A model generated the notes under the pieces. The model ran no database searches. It was not told the origin of the DNA and worked only from the letters and a program-made list of their open reading frames with translations. The translations under genes were made by a program, and so were the position numbers. A DNA stretch of 64,000 nucleotides from an uncultured Aliarcobacter sp. (GTDB taxonomy: Bacteria; Campylobacterota; Campylobacteria; Campylobacterales; Arcobacteraceae): the NCBI GenBank assembly GCA_963664305.2, contig CAXXLV010000001.1:936458-1000457 (forward strand), in the 5' to 3' direction. Of this stretch, positions 40,082 to 50,734 are shown piece after piece. Positions within the stretch are counted from its first letter, which is position 1; each line of letters starts with the position of its first letter.

Positions 40082-42859
40082 TTGAACAGTTTAATCACTA
40101 ATAATCAAATAACCAATTTTCATAATCATATCACAAAGTTGCTACAAGAGTGCGAAAGTTTCTATTTTAATGTTGCATTTATAAATTTTTCTGGAATCCA
40201 ACTATTGCTTGATACTTTCAAGTTATTAGAAGATAAAAAAATAAAAGGAAAAATTTTAACTTCAACATATTTGAATTTTACACAAATTGAAGCATTGGAA
40301 AAAATAAAAGAGTTTAAAAATATTGAATTAAAAATTTATGATAGTAATAGTTCAAATATAGGTTTTCATAGTAAGTCATATATTTTTGAGTTTAAAGATG
40401 ATTATAAAATTATCATAGGTTCTTCAAATATAACAGCAAGTGCTTTTAAATCAAATATTGAATGGAATGTGAAAACAATTTCAAAAAAAGATGATGAGTT
40501 TTTAAAAAATATTTTATTTGAGTTTGATAATCTTTGGAAAGATTCTTATGAAGCAAATGAAGATTTTTTCAAAGAGTATGAAAAATTTACAAAAAAACAA
40601 AATAGTGAAATCTTTTATTTTAAACAAAATATAAAAACAAACTATATGCAAGAAAAGGCTTTAGAAAAATTAGAAGATTTAAGAAACAAAGGTGAAAATA
40701 AAGCTTTAATAATTGCAGCCACAGGAAGTGGAAAAACATATCTTAGTGCTTTTGATATAAAAAACTTTAGAGCAAAAAAGATGCTTTTTTTAGTTCATAG
40801 AGAAAATATTTTAATTAGTGCAAAAGAGAGTTTTGAAAAAATCTTAGGAAAAAAGTTTTCTTATGGTTTTTATACCGGAAATAAAAAAGAAGAAAATAAA
40901 GAGTATATTTTTTCAACTATTCAAACTATGAGTAATTCTTATTTAGAATTTGAAAAAGAGTTTTTTGATTATATAGTTATTGATGAAGCTCATCATTCAA
41001 CAAGTCCATCTTATCAAAAAATATTAAATCATTTTAAACCAAAATTTCTTTTAGGTTTAACAGCAACCTCAAACAGAATGGATGGAAATTCTATTTATAA
41101 ATTATTTGATGAAAATATAGCATGTGATATTAGATTGAATGATGCATTAGAAAATAATCTAATTGTTCCTTTTCACTATTTTGGAATAAGTGATATAGAA
41201 TCAATAAATTATCAAAATATAGATTTATCAAAAATTGATGTGTTATCAAAACTTTTGTGTATAAATAAAAGAGTAGATTTTATTATTGAAAAAATGAATT
41301 TTTATTCTTATAGTGGAGAAAAAAGAAGAGTTTTAGGATTTTGTGTTTCAAAAGAACATGCAATTTATATGAGTGAAGAGTTTAATAAAAGAGGAATTAA
41401 TTCAAGTTATTTAACAAGTGATGAAACTGTATTAAAAAGAGAGATGGAAATTCAAAAGTTAGAAGATATAAATAACTCTTTAGAAGTGATTTTTACAGTT
41501 GATATTTTTAATGAAGGAGTAGATATTCCTTCTGTTAATATGGTTTTATTTTTAAGACCAACTAATTCTCCAATTGTATTTGTTCAACAGTTAGGTCGAG
41601 GTCTTAGAAAATATGAGAATAAAGAGTTTTTAACGGTTCTTGATTTTATTGGAAATCACAAAAGAGCTTATTTAATTGCACTTGCACTTATTGGAAATAA
41701 AATGATTGATAAAGAGAGTATCAAACTCTCTTTAGAAAATAACTTTGCAGATTTTAAAAATGTATTTATTTCTATGGATGAAATTTCTAAAAATAGAATT
41801 TTAGAACAAATTGAAAAAGAGAACTTTAATCAGTTTAAATATTTAAAAGAGCAATATTTTGAATTTAAAGCAATTTTAGAAAATAGAATTCCAAAACTTG
41901 TAGATTATTTACAATTTGAAGATGTAATTAATCCAATAAAATTTATTGATGAAAGTTATTCTTACATAGAGTTTTTGGCAAAAGTAGAAAATAAAGAATT
42001 AGGTTTTTATGAATTAATTTCAAATGAAAATTTTGTAAAAGCTATAAGATTTATTGAAAATTTACTTCTAGTAAAAAGAGTTTATGAGTTCGTAATTTTA
42101 AAATATCTTTTGAATAATGATTTTTGTGATGTTAATATCGCTTTTAAGATTTTAAATAAGTATTTAACAAGAGTTGATAAAGAAACAATTATTCACTCTT
42201 TTTCTTTTTTAAATCAAGACTTTTTAGATAAAGGTCAAATAAATCGATATTTAAAATTAGCAGATTATGATGGAAAAAAACTAAAAAAAACAAAAGAATT
42301 TTCACAACTTTTGGAAAATAGTAAATATAAAGAGATATTTGAAGATAGCTTGAATTTTGGTATTTATAATTATGAAGAAGAGTTTGGCTCAAAAGATTTT
42401 GGAAAACCATTTTTGAAACATTATGAAAAATATAATATGTTAAATATTGCTCAACTTTGTAATTTTCCTAAAATTCATAGTTCATTTAGAGGAAGTGGCT
42501 TCTTAAAATATGAAAATGATTTTTTCTTATTTATAAATTTAGAAAAAGAAAAATTTTCAAAATCAGCAAATTATCATAATGCTTTTTTATCAAAATCACT
42601 TTTTACATATCAGAGTAAGCCTAGTCACTCTTCTGATAAAGGTGATGGAGAAAGATTATGTGAAAATAAAAAGTTTGGTGTTAAGCTTCATATTTTTGTT
42701 AGAAAATATGTGCAAGTGGATAATAAAACACAAAATTTCATTTATCTTGGAATTGCAAATAGTTTAAAATATTGGGATAATAAACCAATTAATTTAGAAT
42801 TAGAACTTGAAATTCCATTGAGTGATAAGTTATTTGAAGAGTTTACAAAAGTTATTTAA
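40082..42859 (+). CDS. PLD nuclease - SF2 helicase - DUF3427-like fusion (SauUSI-like type IV restriction enzyme candidate)
   Basis: FHSK and GSSN.T...N.E.N (PLD), ATGSGKT, DEAH, TAT, QQLGRGLR, C-terminal LFIN..K...Y/FVR/F.YLG. Confidence 0.75.
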   Translation: MNSLITNNQITNFHNHITKLLQECESFYFNVAFINFSGIQLLLDTFKLLEDKKIKGKILTSTYLNFTQIEALEKIKEFKNIELKIYDSNSSNIGFHSKSYIFEFKDDYKIIIGSSNITASAFKSNIEWNVKTISKKDDEFLKNILFEFDNLWKDSYEANEDFFKEYEKFTKKQNSEIFYFKQNIKTNYMQEKALEKLEDLRNKGENKALIIAATGSGKTYLSAFDIKNFRAKKMLFLVHRENILISAKESFEKILGKKFSYGFYTGNKKEENKEYIFSTIQTMSNSYLEFEKEFFDYIVIDEAHHSTSPSYQKILNHFKPKFLLGLTATSNRMDGNSIYKLFDENIACDIRLNDALENNLIVPFHYFGISDIESINYQNIDLSKIDVLSKLLCINKRVDFIIEKMNFYSYSGEKRRVLGFCVSKEHAIYMSEEFNKRGINSSYLTSDETVLKREMEIQKLEDINNSLEVIFTVDIFNEGVDIPSVNMVLFLRPTNSPIVFVQQLGRGLRKYENKEFLTVLDFIGNHKRAYLIALALIGNKMIDKESIKLSLENNFADFKNVFISMDEISKNRILEQIEKENFNQFKYLKEQYFEFKAILENRIPKLVDYLQFEDVINPIKFIDESYSYIEFLAKVENKELGFYELISNENFVKAIRFIENLLLVKRVYEFVILKYLLNNDFCDVNIAFKILNKYLTRVDKETIIHSFSFLNQDFLDKGQINRYLKLADYDGKKLKKTKEFSQLLENSKYKEIFEDSLNFGIYNYEEEFGSKDFGKPFLKHYEKYNMLNIAQLCNFPKIHSSFRGSGFLKYENDFFLFINLEKEKFSKSANYHNAFLSKSLFTYQSKPSHSSDKGDGERLCENKKFGVKLHIFVRKYVQVDNKTQNFIYLGIANSLKYWDNKPINLELELEIPLSDKLFEEFTKVI

Positions 42860-42957
42860 AAATTGGTAAAAAAATTTATACTTTTTTTATTTTCTTTTTA
42901 AAAAACTTTGCTACTATTCGCAAAATCTTTAGGGATTAAAAGTAGTAGGGAAAAATA

Positions 42958-43458
42958 GTGAAAACAGAAGAAAAAAAGAGTTTGATAGAAAAAGTTTTTA
43001 TCAAAGTAAATAATATAGATAAGGTTTTAGAAAACCGTATAGATGTTATTTTATTGAAGATGATTAATATGCTTAAATATCTATTTATTTTAGCAATGAT
43101 TTTATATTTGGCAATTTGTATTATGAGTTTATCTCACAAAATAATCTCTTTTACATTGGCTCAAGGTGCTTTGGATTTTGTATCAATTAAAAATATTTTA
43201 ACAGATGGTTTATTTACACTAATTGTTATAGCAATTGTAAAAACACTATTTATCAAAAATGGTTTTGATTATGCATTAACATTTTTAGAAATAGCATTTG
43301 TTGTGATTATAAGAAAATTGATTTTATTAGAAACAACTCCTGAAGAGACTGATTTATTAATAGCTTTAGGATTTACTTCTTGTGCATTTTTTATACTTAT
43401 AGTTTATATTCACAATTTAAAAAGAAAGTGGAGAAAAGAGGACCATTTTCATAAATAG
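42958..43458 (+). CDS. PsiE-like membrane protein
   Basis: Four TM segments, FLEIA.V.IIRKLI motif. Confidence 0.6.
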   Translation: MKTEEKKSLIEKVFIKVNNIDKVLENRIDVILLKMINMLKYLFILAMILYLAICIMSLSHKIISFTLAQGALDFVSIKNILTDGLFTLIVIAIVKTLFIKNGFDYALTFLEIAFVVIIRKLILLETTPEETDLLIALGFTSCAFFILIVYIHNLKRKWRKEDHFHK

Positions 43459-43459
43459 T

Positions 43460-45829
43460 CTATTTATCTAAATTTAGTTCTATTTTAAATTCAGCACCAG
43501 TAAATTTTTTATTATTATAAATATACTCTTTATTTGAAGCTGATAATTTTCCATTCATATGTTTATTTATGATTTCAAGGGACATGTAAAGACCGATTCC
43601 TGTTCCTTGACTTTTATGTTTAGTCGTAAAATATGGCTCAAAAATTCTATCTAAAATCTCTTCTTTTATTCCACCTGCATTATCTTTTATAGTTAATATA
43701 GCTTTGTTATTCTCTTTATGCATATTAATAAAAATAAATTTATCGCTATTGTTATTTGTTTCAAAAGCATCAATTGAATTATTAATTATATTTAATATAA
43801 CTTGTATAAACTCATTTTCTAATCCTAAAACAAATATCTCTTGATGATTTTTTATGATAGAAATATCTCTATTTTTTAATTTACTATTCACAAGATAGAT
43901 AACTTTATCAATAGGAACATTGATATCAAAAGAACTTAGTTCTTTATCACTACTAAAAAAGTTTCTAAAATCATCAATAGTGTTTGATAAATGTAATGTT
44001 GAGTTTTTTATAATTTCAACTGTTTCATAAAACTCTTCATCACTTAAAATATTTAAATCTTTTTTTAATTTGGCTCCTGTTGCAACTGTTGATATAACAG
44101 ACAATGGTTGTCTCCATTGATGGGCAATATTTTCAATCATTTCTCCCATTGCAGCCATTTTTGATTGGTGATTTAAAATATTTTCTTTTTGAATTAATTC
44201 TTTAGTTTTTTTTGCTACTAGAATTTCTAAGTTTTTATTCATCTCATTTAGCTGTTTAGTTTTTTCTTCTACTTTCATTTGTAAAGTACTATTTAGATTT
44301 TTTAGAGTTAAATTTCTATAAATAAATGCAATAGAAATGATTAAAATAGCAAGAGCCATTTTCCAAAAAATATCATAGTTGAAGCTTGTTTGAAATTGTA
44401 CGTTATTCCATTTTGTGATAATTGAGTTTATTTCATTTATAGATATAGATGAAATAGCTTTATTTAATATTGATTCTAAAATTGGATAATCATCTCGTAT
44501 CATAAATTTTAAACTAAAGTTTAAACCAGTGTTCCCTGTAACTTTTAAATTATCAAAATTATATTTTGAAATGTTATAAAATAATACAGGTTGAATATCT
44601 ATAAAAGCGTAAGCCTTTCCTTTTGAAACTAAATCTAAACCTTCTTTAATGCTATTTACAAGAATAAAATTCATTTCAGGATAAGCATTTTTTAGAATAT
44701 TATGAGCTGTAAAATTATTACCAATGGCTAGTTTTTTGTTTTTTATTAAAGTGATATTTTCAATAAAATTTTCATCTTTTTTAGTAACTATTGATATTGG
44801 AAAATTTGCATACTCTTTTGTAAAAATAGCATACTCTTTCCTTTGGGGAGTTTCTCCTGCACTGTAGATTAAATCAGATTTTTTATTTTTGATACTTGAT
44901 AGTTGTTGATTAAATGTTTCAAAAAATTCATTTTGAGTTTTCAAATCTAGTTTTTCAGAGATTATTTTCCAATATTCTGATGAAATACCAAAGGCTTCAT
45001 TGCTTTTTGATTTAAATGTAAAAGGTTCCCATGAATTTGAAATTGATACAGTTATTTTTTTATTTTTTATGAAATCTAACTCTTCTTGAGTTAACTTTAT
45101 TTGTTGTTTAAAATTTTTATAATATTGTTCATTTTCATTTAATATCCATTTTTTTTCTAAGTTTAATAATTCATTAGCAGGAATTTTTAGAAAACCTTTA
45201 TTGAAAATATCAGCTTTTTCTTTCTTTGTTGTAATTGCATGAGCTTTTGCTTTTGTAATTAAAGTATCTAAAGGTTTTATCAAATGAAATAGATTATTTT
45301 GAACACAAAAATATTCAACTGCAATTTTATCATCGTAAATTAAATCAATTTCACCACTTCTTAATGCATCAATTGATGTCTCATAATCTTCATAAATTTT
45401 TATTGTTGAGTTTGGAAAATGTTCTAAAATTATATCTTTGTAGTCTGAACCAACTAAACCAATTCTTAGTTGATTTTTCATTTCAAAAACTATTTCATTT
45501 TTTGAAAGGCTAAAAAATGTGCTTTTAGTTTCATAAAAAAAGTTGGAAGCAATCATCCAATCTTCAAAAGGGTTTGTTCCTAAAAAAAAGTCTACTTTTT
45601 CTTCTTTTGCTAAATTTATTGCTTCATCCCATAAATGACCATCAACAAATTCTATATTATAATTATTATGTTTTGCCCATAATTTCCAAATATCGATAAA
45701 TAATCCAGCCTCTTTTCCATCTTGTTTATAAGAAAAAGGTGCATAATCAGGGTCATAAGAGATTTTAAAATCTACATCTTTTGCGTAAATATTTAAAATT
45801 AATAAGATAAAAATCAGAAATATTTTCAT
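43460..45829 (-). CDS. Sensor histidine kinase with two periplasmic solute-binding domains
   Basis: YAPF and WEPF SBP units, TM helix, AHQWRQPL, DNAGG, FEPYFTTK, GTGIGL. Confidence 0.9.
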   Translation of the reverse strand: MKIFLIFILLILNIYAKDVDFKISYDPDYAPFSYKQDGKEAGLFIDIWKLWAKHNNYNIEFVDGHLWDEAINLAKEEKVDFFLGTNPFEDWMIASNFFYETKSTFFSLSKNEIVFEMKNQLRIGLVGSDYKDIILEHFPNSTIKIYEDYETSIDALRSGEIDLIYDDKIAVEYFCVQNNLFHLIKPLDTLITKAKAHAITTKKEKADIFNKGFLKIPANELLNLEKKWILNENEQYYKNFKQQIKLTQEELDFIKNKKITVSISNSWEPFTFKSKSNEAFGISSEYWKIISEKLDLKTQNEFFETFNQQLSSIKNKKSDLIYSAGETPQRKEYAIFTKEYANFPISIVTKKDENFIENITLIKNKKLAIGNNFTAHNILKNAYPEMNFILVNSIKEGLDLVSKGKAYAFIDIQPVLFYNISKYNFDNLKVTGNTGLNFSLKFMIRDDYPILESILNKAISSISINEINSIITKWNNVQFQTSFNYDIFWKMALAILIISIAFIYRNLTLKNLNSTLQMKVEEKTKQLNEMNKNLEILVAKKTKELIQKENILNHQSKMAAMGEMIENIAHQWRQPLSVISTVATGAKLKKDLNILSDEEFYETVEIIKNSTLHLSNTIDDFRNFFSSDKELSSFDINVPIDKVIYLVNSKLKNRDISIIKNHQEIFVLGLENEFIQVILNIINNSIDAFETNNNSDKFIFINMHKENNKAILTIKDNAGGIKEEILDRIFEPYFTTKHKSQGTGIGLYMSLEIINKHMNGKLSASNKEYIYNNKKFTGAEFKIELNLDK

Positions 45830-45898
45830 AAGTACCTATTTTTAGAATATCTGTTTATATTGTATTATAAAAAATATTGTTAAAACTTAAAAAAATGA

Positions 45899-46603
45899 TT
45901 AATAATCTAATCTATATCCAACACTAGAGATATTAATAATTGATTCTTTTCCAACTTTTTTTCTTAGTTTATTTAGTAAATTTTTTAAAGCAGAATCAGT
46001 AGCTTCAAATTCATCTTCCCAAATTGTTGTTTTTAGTTCATCTGTTGATAAAACTCTATTACTATTCTTGATTAATAAATCAAGTAATGTTAATTCTTTT
46101 GAAGTTAATGCAATTTCTTCATTATTTGAGAAATCAATAAGTTTTTTATGAAGTACATTATATTGAATATTATTTTTGAATGAAATTACATATCTTGAAT
46201 TATCTAAAATTTCATCTACGCAATTATTTAATGCAGAATTTAGGCTTTTAAAATCCACTGGTTTAGTAAGATAATCAACAAGTTTTAACTTTGTTGCTTC
46301 CAATAAATAATTTTTATCAGTATATGCGCTTAAAATAATTATAGGTATTGTCTTATCAATCTTTCTTAGCTCTTTTATAAAATTAATTCCTGAAATGTCT
46401 GGTAAATTTATATCAGAAATAATTATATCTATTCTATTTTTTTCTAAAGTTTTTTTTGCATCTTCAATATTTTCTTCGTCATAGACATTATTACAAAATA
46501 ACTCTAAAGTTTTTTTTACATTTTCTTTTATACTTACTTCATCTTCAATATATAGGATATTTAAGTTCTTAAGAATTTTGTTGTAATGATTGTTTATTAA
46601 CAT
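45899..46603 (-). CDS. OmpR-family response regulator
   Basis: IEDE, SDINLP, TKP, winged helix ending VGY. Confidence 0.9.
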   Translation of the reverse strand: MLINNHYNKILKNLNILYIEDEVSIKENVKKTLELFCNNVYDEENIEDAKKTLEKNRIDIIISDINLPDISGINFIKELRKIDKTIPIIILSAYTDKNYLLEATKLKLVDYLTKPVDFKSLNSALNNCVDEILDNSRYVISFKNNIQYNVLHKKLIDFSNNEEIALTSKELTLLDLLIKNSNRVLSTDELKTTIWEDEFEATDSALKNLLNKLRKKVGKESIINISSVGYRLDY

Positions 46604-46767
46604 TTTAAGCCCTATAAATTTATAATCGTTTATGTTATAATAAATAAACTTAGAACAAATTAATAATAAAAAAAATTACACTTTTAATGCCATATTAAGT
46701 TTAATACTAGTAAAGTAACGCAAAAAATTATTAATTAATTTCTTAAAAATCATGAATTGGAGTTAAA

Positions 46768-48549
46768 ATGTATAAATCAAAATTACTTAGATTTGCATGT
46801 GTTTCTTTTCTTGCAAGTTCATTTTTACATGCTGCAAGTCTTAAAGAGAGTGTAGAAAAAGTACTTTCAACAAATCCTGAAGTAATAGCTGAAAAAAATA
46901 ATCAGGAAGCTTTTAAAAAATATATAGATGAAAGAAAAGCTAATTATTTACCAAGAATAGATGTAGATGGTAGATTAGAAAAAAGCAATTCTGACAAAAA
47001 ATATGATCAACCAAATTCAAACAATTTTGTTAATGGTTCAGACCAAGAAGATGGTTATAATGTTGGAATAGCTTTAAATCAAATGCTTTATGATGGTGAT
47101 TTAACTCCAAGTCAAGTAAGAGAAGCAAAATTTAATGATTTAGCAAACAAATATAGAAGTGAAAATAATATAGAAAATGTTGTTTATGAAACAATCACTG
47201 CATATACAGGTCTAGTTCAATATAATGAAATGTTAGCATTAACAAAAGATATGATAACAACAAATGAAGAAAACCTTCAAATAGCAAAAGAAAAAGAAGC
47301 AATTAGTGGTGAAGTATTAGAAACTTATGAAGTTGATTCTAAACTAAGTTTTGTTAAAGAAAAATATTTAGAAGAAGAAGATTTAAAAAGTTCAAAAAAT
47401 AGTACATTTAAAAGATATGTAGGTTTTGAACCATCAGGAGATGAGTGTAGACCAAAAATAGAATTATCTAAAGTTCCAAATAATTTACAACAAATTGTTG
47501 AACTTGCTGTTTTAAAAAATAATGAGATTTTAGAACAAATAGAAAGAATAAAAGCTCAAAGAGAAAAAATTGCACAAGCAGATGCTAAATTTTTACCTAA
47601 TCTAAATTTAGAACTTAAAGCACTTACAGATAATGATTTATCATTAAATGAAGAAGGAACAGAAAATCAAGTTTATGGAAGAATAAATCTTGCATGGAAT
47701 TTATATAATGGTGGTGGTGATAAAGCCGTATCAAAACAAGAAGAATTATTTTTAGCAGAACAAAAAGAGAGATTAGATGCAATTACAAATAAAATTGTTG
47801 AAGCTATCAAAGTTAATTATCAAAGATTGCTAAAAAATAAAGAAAGAATTAATGTTCTAAAAGATTATGTGGTTGCAAATGAAAATATAGTTGAAGTTTA
47901 TAAAAGTGAATTTGAATCTGGAACAAGAACATTTGTTGATATATTAGATGCACAAACAGTACTTTATGAAGCTAAAAAAAGTTTAGTAAATAGAGAATAT
48001 GAATTATATAAAAATTATTATGATATTTTATTATCTTTATCAATGTTAACTGAGACAGTTCTTGATCCAAAAAATGATGGGTGTTCAGATGATAAAGCTT
48101 TAAATTATATTGTATCAGAACAAAAATTAGCAGTTGAAAAGGCAAATGAATCAAGTGATTTAAAAGCTTTATTGGGAGATGAACCTGTTAAAGTAAAAAA
48201 AGAAGAGCCAATGATTACTTCACAAAAAGAGGATATAGTTGAAAATAAATCAGAATATGCTACTTTCTTAGATGCACCAGCAGGTTATTATACTTTAAAT
48301 ATTACAACAACTGAAGGTTTAGAGGCTGCAAATAATTATGTTAGTTCAAATACTTTAGATAAAAACAGTTCTTATACATATTCTTTTGGTCCAGAGATGA
48401 AGAGTGCTAAGGTAATTTATGGTATATTCAAATCCGTAAAAGAAGCAAATATTGCATTGGATAGTTTACCTGCATCAGTAAAAGCAAACAAACCATATAT
48501 AGACAATATTTTAAAACATCAAAAACTATATGAAAAATATAATAAATAG
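46768..48549 (+). CDS. TolC-family T1SS outer-membrane protein (LapE/AggA-like) with C-terminal extension
   Basis: Signal peptide, TNPEV, YLP.ID, LYNGG, GTRT.VD.LDA. Confidence 0.88.
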   Translation: MYKSKLLRFACVSFLASSFLHAASLKESVEKVLSTNPEVIAEKNNQEAFKKYIDERKANYLPRIDVDGRLEKSNSDKKYDQPNSNNFVNGSDQEDGYNVGIALNQMLYDGDLTPSQVREAKFNDLANKYRSENNIENVVYETITAYTGLVQYNEMLALTKDMITTNEENLQIAKEKEAISGEVLETYEVDSKLSFVKEKYLEEEDLKSSKNSTFKRYVGFEPSGDECRPKIELSKVPNNLQQIVELAVLKNNEILEQIERIKAQREKIAQADAKFLPNLNLELKALTDNDLSLNEEGTENQVYGRINLAWNLYNGGGDKAVSKQEELFLAEQKERLDAITNKIVEAIKVNYQRLLKNKERINVLKDYVVANENIVEVYKSEFESGTRTFVDILDAQTVLYEAKKSLVNREYELYKNYYDILLSLSMLTETVLDPKNDGCSDDKALNYIVSEQKLAVEKANESSDLKALLGDEPVKVKKEEPMITSQKEDIVENKSEYATFLDAPAGYYTLNITTTEGLEAANNYVSSNTLDKNSSYTYSFGPEMKSAKVIYGIFKSVKEANIALDSLPASVKANKPYIDNILKHQKLYEKYNK

Positions 48550-48571
48550 GATTTCTAACTAAGGGTATATA

Positions 48572-50731
48572 TTGGAAAATAATGATTCTAATTTAATAGA
48601 AAATGAAACGTTAGGAAATTTAAAAGATAGAAGAAAAGTAGATGACCTTTTAGGTTGTCTACTTTTTTTGTCTAAATATCACAATAGGGAAACTTCTGCA
48701 GAATCTTTAACTTTTGGTCTGCCAATTCACAAAACTTCAATGAACATTTCAATGTTTCATCAAGCTGCTTCTCGTATAGGTCTTGCAACAAAAACTGTAA
48801 AAAGAGAAAAAGTAAAAGATATTACAAAATTAGCTTTACCTTCTGTTTTAATTCTTGATAAACAAAGAGCTTGTGTATTACTTGACTATGATTTGAAAAA
48901 AGGAGTTGCTCAAGTAATTTTACCTGGATTAATTGCAGGTGAAACAGAAATGACGATTCAGAAAATAGAGAGTGAATATACTGGTGAAGTAATTATCATA
49001 AAACCTGAATACAATTTTAATAATAGAATTGAAAAAGAGGTTGTTGTTGATAATCCAAAAGAGTGGTTTTGGGGTACTTTAAAAAGAAATGCAAGTATCT
49101 ATAAACAAGTAATTGTTGTATCTTTATTTATTAATATTTTCATTCTAGCAACACCATTATTTACAATGAATGTTTATGACAGAGTTTTACCAAATAATGC
49201 AATTGAAACATTGTGGGCTTTATTTATAGGTATCTCTTTAGTTATGATATTTGATTTATTATTGAAGATTTTACGTTCATATTTTTTAGGATTAGCAAGT
49301 AAACGAGCCGACACAATAATGTCAAATAAAATATTTAATCATCTATTAAATATAAAACTTGATGCAAAACCTGCTTCAACAGGACAATTTGTTAGTAGAT
49401 TACAATCTTTTGAAAGTGTGAGAGAATTTTTTACAAGTGCAACAATTGCGGCAGTTGTTGACCTTCCTTTTGTAATAATTTTTATACTTGTAATATTTTT
49501 TATTGCAGGTCCTTTAGCTTATATAACAATTGTTACAGTTTTTATTTCTATTGCTTTATCTTGGTATATGCAAAGACCTTTAAAAAGTATAATTGAAAAA
49601 TCAGTAAAAGAAGAACAAATTAAACAAACAACATTAATTGAAACGGTTTCTGGATTAGAAATTATCAAAAGTGTTAAAGCACAAAATAGAATGAAAACTC
49701 ATTGGGATAATTCAATTAATAAAACAGTTCATTTTGCGGATAAGGGGCACTTTTTATCTCAAACGATTACATATTTTACAGCTTTTATTTCTCAATTTTC
49801 AAACATAGCAATTGTGGCAGCTGGAGTTTATTTAGCTCAAGATGGTGAAATAACTATGGGAGCTATTATTGCAGCTATGATTTTAAATGGTAGGGTTATT
49901 GCTCCAATTTCTCAACTAGTTGGTATGATTATAAAATTTGATAGAACAATGTTATCTTTAAATAATCTTGATGAGGTAATGAAAATGCCTGTTGAGAAAG
50001 AGAATAAATCATATATTAGTAGACCTAATTTAAAAGGTGATATTGAATTAAAAGATGTACAATTTGCATATAAAGACCAAAATCATCAAACTTTAAAAGA
50101 TATAAATATTAAAATAAAACAAGGTGAAAAAGTTGCAATTTTAGGAAAAATTGGTTCAGGAAAATCAACTTTATTAAAACTTATTATGAATTTATATGAA
50201 CCAACAAAAGGTTCAGTTTTAATTGATGGTTTAGATACAAGACAAATTGACCCAGTTGATTTAAGACATGCAATAGGAAGTGTTCCTCAAGAACCATTTT
50301 TATTTATGGGAACAATAAAAGATAATTTAACAATTGGTGAGCAGTATGTTTCAGATGAAGAGTTGTTAAGAGTATCTAAAATTGCTGGATTAGATGATTT
50401 TTTAGGAAAACATGAAGCTGGTTATGATTTACTTGTTGGTGAAAGAGGAGATGGACTTTCAGGAGGTGAGAGACAATCTGTAACTTTAGCAAGAGCATTA
50501 ATTTCTGACCCAAATATAATTATGTTAGATGAACCAACAAATTCAATGGATAGACAATCTGAAAAGGCTTTTATTAATAGATTACAAAATATAGTTCAAG
50601 AAAAAACTTTAATAGTTGTTACACATAAAACTTCTTTATTACAATTAGTTGATAGAATAATTATAATTGAAAATGGAAAAGTTGTTGTTGATGGACCAAA
50701 AGATGAAGTTTTTACAACTAAAGTAGGTTGA
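48572..50731 (+). CDS. T1SS ABC transporter (LapB-like; C39-like domain lacking the catalytic Cys motif)
   Basis: WFW, MNVYDRVLP, GKIGSGKST, LSGG, DEPT. Confidence 0.92.
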   Translation: MENNDSNLIENETLGNLKDRRKVDDLLGCLLFLSKYHNRETSAESLTFGLPIHKTSMNISMFHQAASRIGLATKTVKREKVKDITKLALPSVLILDKQRACVLLDYDLKKGVAQVILPGLIAGETEMTIQKIESEYTGEVIIIKPEYNFNNRIEKEVVVDNPKEWFWGTLKRNASIYKQVIVVSLFINIFILATPLFTMNVYDRVLPNNAIETLWALFIGISLVMIFDLLLKILRSYFLGLASKRADTIMSNKIFNHLLNIKLDAKPASTGQFVSRLQSFESVREFFTSATIAAVVDLPFVIIFILVIFFIAGPLAYITIVTVFISIALSWYMQRPLKSIIEKSVKEEQIKQTTLIETVSGLEIIKSVKAQNRMKTHWDNSINKTVHFADKGHFLSQTITYFTAFISQFSNIAIVAAGVYLAQDGEITMGAIIAAMILNGRVIAPISQLVGMIIKFDRTMLSLNNLDEVMKMPVEKENKSYISRPNLKGDIELKDVQFAYKDQNHQTLKDINIKIKQGEKVAILGKIGSGKSTLLKLIMNLYEPTKGSVLIDGLDTRQIDPVDLRHAIGSVPQEPFLFMGTIKDNLTIGEQYVSDEELLRVSKIAGLDDFLGKHEAGYDLLVGERGDGLSGGERQSVTLARALISDPNIIMLDEPTNSMDRQSEKAFINRLQNIVQEKTLIVVTHKTSLLQLVDRIIIIENGKVVVDGPKDEVFTTKVG

Positions 50732-50734
50732 TAT

